NCBI GenBank assembly: GCA_009103225.1
Contig: RHPI01002532.1
Span: 1-46,746, forward strand
Length of the DNA stretch: 46,746 nucleotides
Source: Chlorokybus atmophyticus
Lineage: Eukaryota; Plantae; Mesostigma and Chlorokybus algae
Direction of reading: 5' to 3'
In this document: one piece after another, positions 10,161-22,075 of the stretch
How the letters are laid out: the number at the start of each line of letters is the position of its first letter
Numbering within the stretch: position 1 is the first letter of the stretch
The notes under the pieces: generated by a model
What the model saw: the letters and a program-made list of their open reading frames with translations, nothing else
Databases searched by the model: none
Told to the model about the DNA's origin: nothing
Position numbers and translations under genes: made by a program

Positions 10161-12721
10161 CCACCCCCTGCAGCTGAGCACCAACGCCCTCGTGCGCCTT
10201 CAGCTAACTCAAACGCTCATCGTATAGTCCTCCTACACGTTGGACAGTACCATGCTCCGATGGAGATCTCCTTCAGTGGTGGACGAAGGCACTCTATGTG
10301 CCAACTTGCAACACACCTGTTGCATAGTAGCATGGTGTCCCAGCCCTCTGCTAGGCCACACCGCTCACAACGGTGGCCCACATTTAGTATTGCTAGAGCA
10401 GGTGGAACCACACTGTCATCCACGTTTAGCAAATGGCAAGGAGCGCAGCTCCTCATGTGCTCCTTGGTGGTCCCGGCATCAGCTCCCTCCAACAACAACA
10501 CACCATTATTGAGGAGCTTCACACAAAGGATGGTGCGACTCGCTCTCGTATCCAGCGTGTCCTTGGTCTTTCTCTGCAAGTAAGAAAAGTCATCTGGCTG
10601 AAACTTCTGCAGTCTTGGCTTGTAATAGCCACTCGTTACCCTAGCATAGCGCAACGTGTCGCGGTGTTGCGCCACTTGCAAGTTGCCAAGTGCGATTGGC
10701 ATGACATGCCGGAACAGCTCCGCACGCTTCACCATCTCCTTCTCCACACATTGGGATCCTTCGAGTCAAGCTTCTGCTCAACCTGTCTCCGGATTGATGC
10801 TGGCAATATGGGCTCCCTCCTATACAACATAAAGTAGGGGCTGTATGAGCTCAACGCAGCCTGCCGCGTCATGCGATAGCCTATCGCCAGCCATGGCAAC
10901 GCCAAGTCCCAGTCTCTCTTGTTGTGGTTGAGACAATACTTGCGAAGCCCCTTCTTCACCACATGTACCATTCTCTCAGCAAGCCCATCGGCCTGAGGAT
11001 GGTCACGGGAAGTCCTTTAATGGTCGTTGAAGGGTTGCGCCAACAAGTCATTGAACTGGCCACGAAACTCATTGCCTTGGTCAATGAGAACCTCAGCATA
11101 AGCACCAAATCTACCAAGGACTTGAACAAGGAAAGCCTCAGCCACAAGCTTGCTCTTCTTCGATAGCAGCGTCACGGCCTCAACCCACATTGAAAAGTGC
11201 TCTATCATCACGAGCACGTAACGATTGCCTCTCTTGCTAACTGGTAGGTCTCCTGCCAGATCTAGGGTTCACCGATATAATAGTCCTTGGATAGGCAAAG
11301 GGTGCAGCTTTGGGTGCTTGGCATTGAAGCTTGCCTTCACTGTATCGCACTCCACACAGCTCGCAACAACCCCTGCCACGGTAGACTGCATGCCAGCCCA
11401 ATATGCTGATTGCACAAGCCCAAGTGTCCTTTTGACACCAAAGTGGCCCATCTTCTCATGAAGCAGCTCCACAAGCGGCTTTCTCTTATGTGGTTGAGGC
11501 ACAATCCTCACACCATCCGGCATCAAGCGCACAAGGTGGTCTCCCTCCCACCGATAACGTTGCGCGCGTTGCCACAAGCGGTCTCGCGTCGCCGTGCTGC
11601 AACCAGCTTGAAACAGCCCGGTCTTGAGGTGATCAAGCACTTGCTCATCCCTCCATATGTCCTTTGAAGCCTCGGCTTCCTCCCCTTCAATGTCAATGAC
11701 CGTTGGGGCTGGTGCAGCCTCCAAAGGTGGCATCGCACCATTGTTGTTGCTCTCTTCAGCTGCGTTTGCGCGCAAAACCCAGCCACAAGCATGCCATAGT
11801 CATGCCTCGACTTACTCTCGTCCAACGATAAAGGATATGGGTTCCTACTCAGCCCATCCGCGTCCATGTTGTCAACACCAGCTCGGTGTTCAATCTCAAA
11901 CTCATACTCCTGCAGTATGAGAACCCACCTGACATGCTTCCCTGTGCGCTTATCATTGGTTATCAACCACTTCAAGGGGTGGTGGTTGGTGATGAGTGTC
12001 AAGGGACGGCCATAGAGAAACGATCCAATGTGAACAATGGCCCAAACCACTATCAGACACTCCCTCTCATAGGAGCTGTAGCTGGCCTCCGCGTTGTTGT
12101 TGCTTCGGCTACCGTATGCGACCACATACTCCTTGCCATCACCATCCTTCTAACACGAAACGGCTCCTATGCCCAAACGGCTCCAATCCGTGTGTAGGAT
12201 GAAGGGATAGTTGTAGTCCGCCCGTCTCAACACCGACGCGGTGCATAGCTTCTCCTTGAGAAGCTTAAAGGCACATTTGCACTCCTCCGACCAGCACCAG
12301 GCCTTGTCCTTCTTCAACAACTCATTCAAGGGCTTTGCAATCTTGCTATACCCCTCCACAAACCTTCGGTAGTAGTTCGCCAAGCCGAGAAACGCCCGTA
12401 GTTGGCTAATGTCTGTCGGTGCTGGCACTTGCACCAAGGCATCCACCTTTGCTTGTTGCACACGGACGCCATCCGGCACTATCTCAAGGCTAAGATAAGG
12501 GATGCGGTCAGCTCCGAACAAGCAGTTCTCCGGGTGACACCTCATGCCGCTCTCGCGCACGCGCTCGAACACGCGCTCTAAGTGCACGAGATGCTCCTCC
12601 ATCGTGTGGTTAAACACCAATATGTCATTAATGTAGCACCTTGCAAAGGGTAGACCACGAAGCACACGGTCCATCACACGCTAGAAATTCACAGGTGCAT
12701 TCTTCAAGCTGAGTGGCATGA
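10161..12721 (-). mobile_element. Decayed Ty3/gypsy pol: RT, RNase H, integrase and C-terminal PHD finger (REM1-like architecture)
   Basis: RT CYINDILVF (YxDD mutated) and LRAFLGLANYYRRFV; RNase H FILHTDWS and YSSYERECL; integrase HEKMGHFG..CVEC and GQFNDL..ERMVHVVK; PHD CERC..CNRC..WHIECLRPPL..WYCPTC at ~10226-10372. Several frameshifts. Confidence 0.9.
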
Positions 12722-12869
12722 TGTGACGGTGCTCGTGCCTTGTCACCTGTGAGTTGGTCCAATCAACATTCCTCTCACTAAGGCACGGTATTCACACCGA
12801 AACCTTGCCCCCTCTGCCAAGCACATACGCGCGCCGCGCCACTCGCGTACGCACGCGCATTGTCATGCC
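12722..12869 (-). mobile_element. LTR fragment of the same family as 34789-35459, interrupting the gypsy RT
   Basis: It starts TGTGACGGTGCTCGTGCCTTGTCACCTGTGAG and aligns closely over ~145 bp with 34789-34925. It sits right against the RT motif MPLSLKNAP. Confidence 0.8.
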
Positions 12870-12899
12870 AGCGGTTCAGGAGGGGCCAACCTCCTCGTT

Positions 12900-13500
12900 G
12901 ATGCCTACAGCCAGGCATTCTTACAGTACTGTAAGTGAAACGTATTGCCTTGTTGCAGACTGTCAACCACTCACAATAAAAAACCACACATGAGCACAGT
13001 TGACGGCCGCAATGGACAATTGGTCAAAAACTCATTGATGCATACGTGTCTCAGGCTCTCCTGCCTTGTAGTAAATGACGTGTATGTCATAAAACATGCG
13101 CACCACCTCACCACCTCGTTGTTGGCTCTTGCCATCTAAATTGATCAACTTGCTACAAGTTCAGCTTCCTCTTGACTGCAATGGGTGACACTTCTGGTCG
13201 CGACAGCCCTTATTGACCACCTACCGCGGCAGGTCTTGATGGGCACTTGCTGTCTAAGAGCAGGCTTTAGGTAGTCAACCAACATATTGCCTTCGTTGTC
13301 AACTTGGGGCTGTTGAATAACGAGGATCCATAGCACAAAATCATCAAATACAAGTGATGGGGGGTCAGTTGGCATGCGGAAGTCCAAGACCGACTTCTTC
13401 TCATCCTTATGTTTCACAAGCCGTGCATCCTTGTTGTCGGGCCATACAGGGAGAGGTATATCAGTGGCTAGCAATTGCATCTTTGGGTTTGCTGAAGTCG
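12900..13500 (-). pseudogene. Retrotransposon gag-like fragment
   Basis: FDDFVLWILVIQQP and LKPALRQQV resemble the Ty3 gag W..F...L and GL.P.+R..V motifs; in-frame stops follow. Confidence 0.4.
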
Positions 13501-13656
13501 TACACCGCGAAAATAAAAAGTAAACCATGTATGGTGCGGACGTCTGCACGAGGGGGCAATAGCGGGCGGTGGAAGCTGCCAACCAGGGTCAAAACCTGGC
13601 GTACAACCGCGAAATCCAACCATGGTCCCAATTCCTCGATTGTCACCGCTGGTTTA

Positions 13657-13802
13657 GCACTGACCGCGTCAGATTTGGTCTGAGAACAGTTAAAGCTTTA
13701 TATCCTTAATCGAGAAGGTTCCGACCACTACTTTTGGCGCTGACCGCGCCATATTTGGTTTAATAACAGTTAAAGCTTAAAGCTATCGTTAACCGAGAAG
13801 GT
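13657..13802. repeat. Two diverged ~80-bp direct repeats in the CACTA subterminal region
   Basis: GC.CTGACCGCG.CA.ATTTGGT....AACAGTTAAAGCTT...CGAGAAGGTT begins at 13657 and 13737. Confidence 0.8.
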
Positions 13803-14037
13803 TAGGAAGCAACATAAAAACAAACTAGCACCAATACCGCGCGCGCGAGGTTACCTACCTCAGTCGTCCCCAGCTAAACTCGAACCCAGGCATGCGGCAT
13901 ACCCATTATGCACCTTGTCGGCTGTACCATGCGGTCATTTATGTCGCAACTACTGAACGAGGTCAAATCTGAAGTTCATTTTGCAGTCAGGTCACCCTAG
14001 ACCTCGCTCGGTCGCAGAGCGAAAGGTGCGACCTAAT

Positions 14038-14205
14038 TGCGACCCACTGACCGAGGCTATTGTGCGGTCAATTGGAGCAAAAGGTGCGCCTTAAGCTGCC
14101 AACTGATTGAGGCTGATTCTCGTGCGACCCACTGACCGAGGCTATTGTGCGGTCAGTTGGAGCAAAAGGTGCGCCTTATGCTGCCAACTGATTGAGGCTG
14201 ATTCT
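14038..14205. repeat. 85-bp tandem duplication, two near-identical copies
   Basis: TGCGACCCACTGACCGAGGC...GAGGCTGATTCT begins at 14038 and 14123. Confidence 0.92.
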
Positions 14206-14823
14206 TGTTCAGAAGCAAAAGGTTCGCAACTTAATTGAGGCCAACAGGTGACTAAACGGGTTCGGACCGGGATGTCCGCGCGGCCTGGTACAAAATAGCG
14301 TACCAGGTGCGGTTCACAGTCGTAGACGTCTGAATTGAGGTGGTATTTTGCCGTGTAGGCTGGTAGCAGCTTGGTGACCGGCGGCACCAGGAATAAACCA
14401 TGGTGCGGATGTCCGCGGCCATGCATCCGCGCCATGCTTGGCGCGAATATCGTTGCACCAGGTTTTTGGCGCGGCCCGTTATATTAGGCCTGGTTTGATT
14501 TAATGGAACCCTGCTTTCAAATTGCTTTCCGCCATGGTAAGCCAGTATGTAAGGGAGCACCCTTAGTCTCTCCACACTTTGCCCAGCAGCTGTTGTCCTC
14601 GGACAAACATTGAAGGTTCCTCCAAAGTGCGCATATGCAATGCAGCAGAGTCCGCGTCCATGCATTGGTTGCCAGCAGCATCTTTCCAAAGGCTGTACGT
14701 GTGGACAGCAATGTAGACATTGCATTCTATGTGGAAGAATATGAGAATTTTGCTGATCATGGCAGGCCTAATTGCATCCAACATTACAGCATCCTTGCAG
14801 TCGCGCCTATGTCTGAGAATGCA

Positions 14824-14862
14824 TGTGTGTGTGTGTGTGTGTGTGTGTGCGTGCGTGTGCGT

Positions 14863-14890
<28 letters not shown>
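14824..14890. repeat. Compound (TG)n/(GA)n microsatellite
   Basis: Direct reading. Confidence 0.9.
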
Positions 14891-14894
<4 letters not shown>

Positions 14895-15239
14895 GCCACA
14901 ATGTTTACTGCAAACAATGGTTTCATTGACAGTCATTCACATTTGGCGACTGTCAATGCCAACTTTGACAGTCTGCGACTGTCAATGCGAAATGGACAGT
15001 CGAGACTGTGAAGGGAACATCATCAAGTGGACATCTCTACGGGTCTCACTGCCAGCACGTTCTCGTATACTAGGCCGTCCCTCATGTAGGCTTCAGTAGT
15101 AGTCACGCACTGTCCGCCGCGACTTAGTGTGGATGGCAATGTTCTCTTGTGTGCAAATGCGTCCGCACAAGGCGTTGTTCCCTTCGTACATAATGCTGCC
15201 TCGTCCAATCAATATGCCTTTGCCTTTGATGTGCTTAGT

Positions 15240-18200
15240 TTGCTTGGGTGACGATGATGATGTGCTGGGAGTGTGCCAAGGTGGGATATGCTTTCACAAG
15301 AGCCCATATCTCCTCTGCGTGCCTAATTGTAGCCAGCTCATACCAGGTGGACCCGTTGAATTCTATTTTACGGATTGCAGATAGTGCATTGGCGTCTCTG
15401 TGGAGCAACAGGCATGACGCGAAAGAGTCGCACAGACCAATTCCTGATACATACATCGCTTTATGAAGCTGATCTTGTAGTCTTGCTGCTGGATGGGGTG
15501 TTAACATATCACTTCACATAGCGCTCAAAGGCGTAGCACTGGAACACATAGTAGTCATATCGACGGATGGTGTCAAGCAAGTGGCAAGTTCCCGCAATGT
15601 GCTCCAAAATCTTCTTATTGGTGCTGAAGCAAATTTCACTATTTACCTTCCAGTACCTAAGCAATACATCAGCAAGCTCCAGATGGCCGGAATGCCAACC
15701 CACGCGGCGCAAGATGTCAAAGAATAAGCGAAATGTCATGTGGAGGCACATGACGAGGTCTCTCCTTTCTTTGCTTAACAACTTGTGAAAAGCATAAGGC
15801 ACAGCAAACAGCACAAAGAGCTGGTGCTCCTGCGCCTTCCACCATCTAAGGTGACTGCTGAGGCCATGTGGCCAGCGGTTACCATGCCTCAACTCCCTGG
15901 GCCGTGCGTTTCTCATCACAGTTAGCCGACTTTCAATCTTAGCCTTGCTAATCTGCTTGTCCCTACCATCTGAGTACTGGCTGTCAAGCTCTTGGCCAGT
16001 CCTGCAATTAGCGTAAGCGTGGTATCAAAGACCATGTCCTGGCATGGGTCGAACTTGTTGATATACATACATGCAGATGACGCGCCGACAACATCAACAA
16101 CACGAGCATGACTGCTGCTGATGCCATAGCATCCGCAGACATGCTGCACCGTGACCTCTTAGCTTCATCGCAACAAGTCCGGGGTTTTATACCCCACCAG
16201 TCTCTACACACGTTTACATTAGCAAGCATCGCGTGCGCTACACTCAGCTAATTGCTGTTTTGTAAGCTGTACTTTCTAGCTCATATTCAGAACTTTTCGA
16301 CAAGCTAAACCACGCCTGCTAAGGCTATGTATCCATTAAGCCGCGTTGATTCTCCCAAGACCTTGGTCAGCAGCATGGTCTGCATAGTCTAAACGAGTCT
16401 CGACTTGCTCAGTCCGAAGTCCACGTGCTCAGCCCATAGTACCTTCGACTCTCGAGTCCTGTGTGAAGGGCAAGCTAACCGGATATAGGCATCGCTTCGA
16501 TAATACCTTCAACAAAACTTGTACATCCGCAAAAGCATCCGCAAAGGCGACAGCCCTTTAACGCCATACTTCTTTGCCTTTTCTTTTTTGCAATTGGGAT
16601 CTTCTGTGCTTGCAACTTAATCGGCCAGCTGGTATGTGGCCTCTGCAAGGTTTTTAGCAAGTGGATGGCGACTGTGGTAACGGCTGCTAGCGTAGTGGAA
16701 ATCGGTCATGTAACTCCGAGTTTCTTCAACAACATCGTTGCCAGTGCTGGCATCTTGAGTAACTGTTTTGGTGACAATGGAGTATCGGATATGAGTTGCC
16801 AGCAGGCAATAAGCCCTGCAACCGCATAACCCGCCATTCTTGAACTGCCCCATCTCGCTTTGAGCGGGATTGTCATCGGCTATTCATAACCATGGCTCTC
16901 ACTACAATGTTATTACTTGCAAAACCCGCTGCATCAGGACGCATTGCTTGTTGAACAGCTACGCGTGTGAAGCCACGCGCAGAACACAACCGCGACTGTA
17001 AACATGGAATGTCCCGTACAGTGGACAGCTGCACAAAGATAGTCGTTGTCGACAGTCGCTGTTAAATCTTCCGAACGCTCTTAATGGACTTATAAAAGGT
17101 GGCAATTAATGAAGTGCATAATACTGATAGTCGTCTTGGATAGCCCTCAATGGATTGTGCTTACTCTGCTCCATTTGTTACAATACTTTTCTTAAGTCGA
17201 TAGGCAATGTTGACAGTTATGCTCACACAGCATTGCGCACGAGGTCTTGTGGACACATGTATTAGGCGTACCGGCCAAACGATAAGGGAGCATAATGTCC
17301 ACCTTGCTGAAATCCAAACCGTAGTGCGTAGGGATGCCCACGGCGTACAAAATTTTCAACTCATTCAGCATGGGCTTTATAAATGGGTAGACAGTCCTTG
17401 TCAGCGTAGAGTAGCTCGTCAACGGGGACAAATACCACGGGCATGATGGAAGAAGCCTGTGAGCTGATGCTTGCCTTCGTTGAGCATATGATGATAAGGC
17501 TGCTCCGCTTTGTAGCTGATGCGCAGCTGAAACCATCACTGTACAGCATGAGCGCAATGTTGCGCGGGTCTCCAGTACACTGCTGCGCAGCCTCTTCATT
17601 GTTATGGGAGCACTCGCAATGCCAATTTTGATAACCATCCCTGTGCTAGGACATGTCAATGCTATAATTGTAGCGTCCACAATCGCATTTGTTTGGCAGA
17701 GGAATGGTCTTTGTGCAATCTCAAAAAGGAGACAATTCTTTTCACTTGCTGCCATGCCAATCTTCCCATTGAGGCACTGGGGGCTGGTTAGTTGGCGTCG
17801 AGCCAGGTGTCTTTGTCTCGCCAGGCAGCAAGGTTGTCATGTAAAAGGTACTTGCAGCCACGGACCGAGCCTTGAACCAATGGGTGTACAGAAAGTTAAT
17901 ATACTCCCCACGTGTGCGCCCGCATTAACCTCCGCACAGCTATTTCCACAAGCGCTTCACAAGTTTGTGGCGACGGTAATCTGCTTCGTAGCTGTCCTCG
18001 CTATCATCGAACTTGGATGGGTAAGCATCAAGAAAGAGATAAGTGCACCGCGTGCATGCTGTATATCTCTGTGACTCTGGCATTCCTATAAAAGTCAGCA
18101 ATGCATTAACAGCCGTGATGTCAGCCGGCTGGGAGGGTTGCGCTGGTTGAGCAAGGCGTGGAGGTCATTGCGCAGCTGACTGTGGTTATAAGCAGAATCC

Positions 18201-19560
18201 TTGGCAAGCTGAACGATTGAACCCTCAGCGCCAAAAATAATCATCAGTACCATATTAATAAATGATTGCTAGGCATAAAAATCCTCCAAGTCTGTCAGCA
18301 CTGCCATGAACTTCTCCAGGATCTTATGTGAAAGTGTCTATGAGGTTTGTTGTTGGCAAGAAATGCCTGGTTGAGGTGTATTGCATTGTACTGAAGGCAT
18401 TGGCGGTGGGTGCATACTTTCTTGCACCGCCGTGTCCAGTCGCATGTGGGCCATGGCAGTCTTTAAGTCAATCAACTGCAAAAAGAAACGGGCTGTCAAC
18501 AACCGAAGTATGGTTCACAACGTTGTGCGCATAGCAGTGGGTGGACATGACAGTCGTATGGGCAGTCTTAGTGTATGTCCAACAATCTTGCGCGCTGTGG
18601 AGACTTCTTGCTGCTCGGGTTCTACAACAGCCTTTGTACTAGTTACTAGTCAGCGCATAAAAGTCGTCAATCGGCATGTTAACAGTCTCTTGCAGGTCTG
18701 GTTGTTGCCATGGTTGATGAGAGAGGGCAGCACTGCGTCGGTGGATTAGACTGATGTTGAAGTGAAGTTGTCACTGAACTGCCGCTGCCAGCCATGTTGA
18801 CTGTTGGTTGTCCATTGATGTGCAGTGGAGCTGTTGCGGCACTGCTGGTGCTGGCCATGTTGTCAGTAGGTGGTGGATCAGACTGATGTTAAAGTGGAGT
18901 TGTCGCTACACTGGCGCTGCCAGCCATATTGACAGTCCGTTGTCCATTGATGTGCAATGGAGCTGTTGCGGCACTACTGGTGCTGGCAACATCAATAACC
19001 GGCTGTTTACCTATATGTTGCCTTCGGTGGAGTGTGGCTGCCACTTCAGTGGTAGTGATGCCAGCCACATGGACAATCGGCTGTTGATTTGCGAGAGGCC
19101 TACAAAAATCCTGCATTTAGACCATATGCATTGGCATCATTAACTGACAGCAATATACAGCAAGGCAGCTAGTGCACGCAGTTCGTGGACAGTTTGTTAG
19201 CATAGTGAAGGTTGTCACAATAAGGATAGTAGGTGGCATGCACAGTTGACCGCGTGACCATTGTAGAGAAGCAAGTATAGTGAGCAAGTTAACTTACTGC
19301 ACATGCTGCTGGCTGATCTCGCCATTAAGCTAGTCGTGTGTGGCCTCAAGTTCATGGGCAGGCTGTGAGCTGTCAACATCTTGCTGGACATCAGGCGCAG
19401 CTCCCTGCTCCGGCAAGGGTAGGAAACTCTATTGGCTGTGATGGCGGTTGTTCACACAAGAGGTGTTTTGTTTACTCGCTGGTTGCGAGTTCATTGTCAG
19501 CTTAGCACTAATGTCTCTGGCAAAGTTGACAGCATTCTTGCTTGCCATTGCTATTCCGCC
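15240..19560 (-). pseudogene. TnpD/Tnp2 (Transposase_21-like) transposase, multiply disrupted
   Basis: DPRNIALMLYSDGF (~17530-17575) matches the CACTA DPRNVRLGL.TDGF catalytic motif. Also seen: PFIKPMLNELKILYAVGI; GLCGCRAYC; RWWKAQE; CHLLDTIRRY..YAFERYVK. Confidence 0.85.
18741..19110 (-). repeat. 66/132-bp coding tandem repeat (22-aa units) in the transposase N-terminal region
   Basis: 18741 and 18873 start near-identical 132-bp copies. The minus strand reads QP.V.MA..SS.AT.PLH units in one frame. Confidence 0.75.
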
Positions 19561-20054
19561 AACATTCCACCACCAAGGACACCGCCAAGGCCACCGCCAA
19601 AAGGCCGCCGCTGCCACTGCCAAGAGCTTCGCCGCTCACTCCCTCCGCCAAGCCACCTCACTGAACGCTAAAACCCTACTGCACATACCACGGTATTTAA
19701 AGCCCATGCACGTGAGTTGACAGTCGCACCATGCACGGTGCTTGACTCTATCGAGTAACCGCACACCGTTAAATATGCTTGGTTCGACGGTTACAGAAGG
19801 CTAAGCCTTGTACCTCAGCCTTTGCGCAAATCCGACTAAGGGGTGCCACATAACGGAATGTAGCGCATTGTTCACCATTCAGCTTTAGGGTGAGGTCGCC
19901 GATAAGCCCCTCGCTTGTCTCCTTCATAATTGTTGTGTAGGTTGTGGATTCTTGAGGTTCATCAAGTGACCCCCGTCCGTGCATCGCCTTCACTCGAAGC
20001 TATGAAAGGTGCGATTGACGGGCTCATCACTCAATAGCGCCCCCCCCCCCCCCC

Positions 20055-20222
20055 NNNNNNNNNNNNNNNNNNNNNNNNNNNNNNNNNNNNNNNNNNNNNN
20101 NNNNNNNNNNNNNNNNNNNNNNNNNNNNNNNNNNNNNNNNNNNNNNNNNNNNNNNNNNNNNNNNNNNNNNNNNNNNNNNNNNNNNNNNNNNNNNNNNNNN
20201 NNNNNNNNNNNNNNNNNNNNNN
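20055..20222. other. Assembly gap (168 N) inside a poly-C run
   Basis: N run flanked by C tracts. Confidence 0.99.
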
Positions 20223-20994
20223 CCCCCCCCCCCCCCCCCTTTTTGGTTAGCTGATGCCGCCAGCAGTGGTCCGCCTTTATTGGCCCACGCACGTGAGCAT
20301 TGACAGGCGCACCATGCACGGTGCAACTATCAGGGAGCTAAGCATGCGTCAGCGATGGTCCGCTTAATCATTATACTGCGGACCAACCTAGGACCATGCA
20401 TGGTTCAACAATCAGGGAGGACCGACCATGCATAGTCCGTATTTTTCCAAAATATCGGACCAGGAAGAGCTGTGAGTGGTCCGCAATCTTACGGACATGT
20501 GGACCTGTAAGTGCTTAGTTAGGTTTAGTTTGCGGACCATGGATGGTCCCCAATCAATATAGACATGTGGACCAATTAGAGCTTCATAAGGCGGCAGACC
20601 ATGTATGACGCGTGTTTGCTCATCCATAATGACCGATAAGCAAAGCGTGCACTAGTAACAGTCCGCCAAATTCCGAGTTGGACTAGCCACATGGATTTTA
20701 CTTATCGGAACATATATGGTCCGGCATTGTTGTAGTCCAGACCATGTATGGTCCTTACACCCATTGATAGTCGGACCGGCAGTATACCTAGTCCCGCTGT
20801 GGACCATGCATGGTCCGGACTTTCGTGGCCAATAGGACCGGTAATATATCTGATCCGGCTGCGCACCATACCTTATGCGTGACTGTGCGCCAGGATTCGC
20901 GGTCTCAAACGGACCAAGGACGATCCGTCCGCCGCGGACCAGGCGGTCCTAGACCGCGGGGGACGGACCATGCATGGTGCGCGGGGTCCAGGAA

Positions 20995-21400
20995 AGGAGC
21001 ATATCTGGTCTCCAAACGTCAAGCCGTGTGCTTGCGCCCCAACTTTGGCGCACCATGTGGAGAGGTCTCCTTCAAGCTCCACTATCTTGTCCTCGAGCCT
21101 ACCCACACGCGTAAGGAGTGAGTCATGCGGTGCCATACTTACCATAGCCCCCACTCAAAGCTCCAAGCAATGCATGCGTGCTTACTCCCTCGCGAGCGTA
21201 CACACAAGCGTCTTGAACCCCTCGGCCTTTTGCGCCGCCGTTCCCATGGCGATGTTGTTGAACGTCGCCTTCCTTGAGGTGTTCAACTCATTGAACGATG
21301 GCAGGGTCAACAGTGCCGCTTTTACGGGGGTCATGCGCCGCTCCCTCTGGCGTCCCCCCACTCAAGTTCATGCTCATGAATTAAGCGGCGAGGATGCTTG
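20995..21400 (-). pseudogene. 5' part of a retrotransposon gag-like ORF downstream of the PBS
   Basis: A long frame (MSMNLSGG...RVGRLEDKIVELEGDL) with internal stops begins ~150 bp after the PBS. It is cut by the CACTA end. Confidence 0.45.
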
Positions 21401-21526
21401 AGCCACAGTGCCCGAGTTGCAGCTAGCTTCCACATAGCGCCCTAGCACACACAAACTTCAATGAGTGCCCTCTAAGCAACTCTAGATAGGCCCACAAACC
21501 CAAAGGTACCCCACAATCTTAGCCTT

Positions 21527-21539
21527 AGCTCCGATACCA
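21527..21539 (-). promoter_or_regulatory. Primer-binding site for initiator tRNA-Met
   Basis: The minus strand reads ...ACTACA-T-TGGTATCGGAGCT, the plant-type iMet PBS (TGGTATCAGAGC) one base after an LTR-ending CA. Confidence 0.85.
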
Positions 21540-21540
21540 A

Positions 21541-22075
21541 TGTAGTGCCACCCTAGGCTTGAGCACTTAGCTCTCACCTAAGCAGGTTATGCACTCTACC
21601 TTATGTACGCACTCACACAGAAGTGCAAGCACTCTCACCGTGCATGCACTCACACATAAGTGTTAGCGCTCATTAACACCATGCATGCACTCTCACACAA
21701 GTGCAAGTGCTCTCTCGCACCGTGCATACACTCACACATACAAGCGTAAGCACACCCTCCAAGTGAACACACTCACACACAAGTATTACACAAGGCAACA
21801 CACCTTGAGGTTGAAGAAGCTTGGCACCCCCTTGAATGGCCTCTCGCCCGAACACCCCACTAGGATGACCCACACGAGCGTGCACACCAAGGCAATGCCA
21901 TCAACCCAAGCACAAATGCCTTGGCCTCTCATGCTAGCTCACTTATATACCCTTGTGGCTTATCTAATCCTCGAGGGTTGTGGGTGTCTCCACCCATGTT
22001 GCCTCGTTCGGACCCTAGTGTAGTCTAAGGCGGCCAACCAACTTGTAGCAAGTGTTCACACACACACCTACCACA
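21541..22075 (-). mobile_element. 5' LTR of a minus-strand LTR retrotransposon; outer boundary approximate
   Basis: The TGTAGTG edge is adjacent to the PBS, and a minus-strand TATATAAG lies at 21942-21949. The body is CA-rich. Confidence 0.65.

Larger units (their letters stand above)
13503..20990 (-). mobile_element. CACTA/EnSpm-superfamily DNA transposon, ~7.5 kb, decayed
   Basis: The left edge is CACCGCGAAAA at 13503. Repeat-rich ~1-kb ends (13503-14500, 19700-20990) carry ACCATG..TGGT motifs, and a TnpD-like transposase lies between them. The right terminus and TSD are not cleanly identifiable. Confidence 0.75.
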
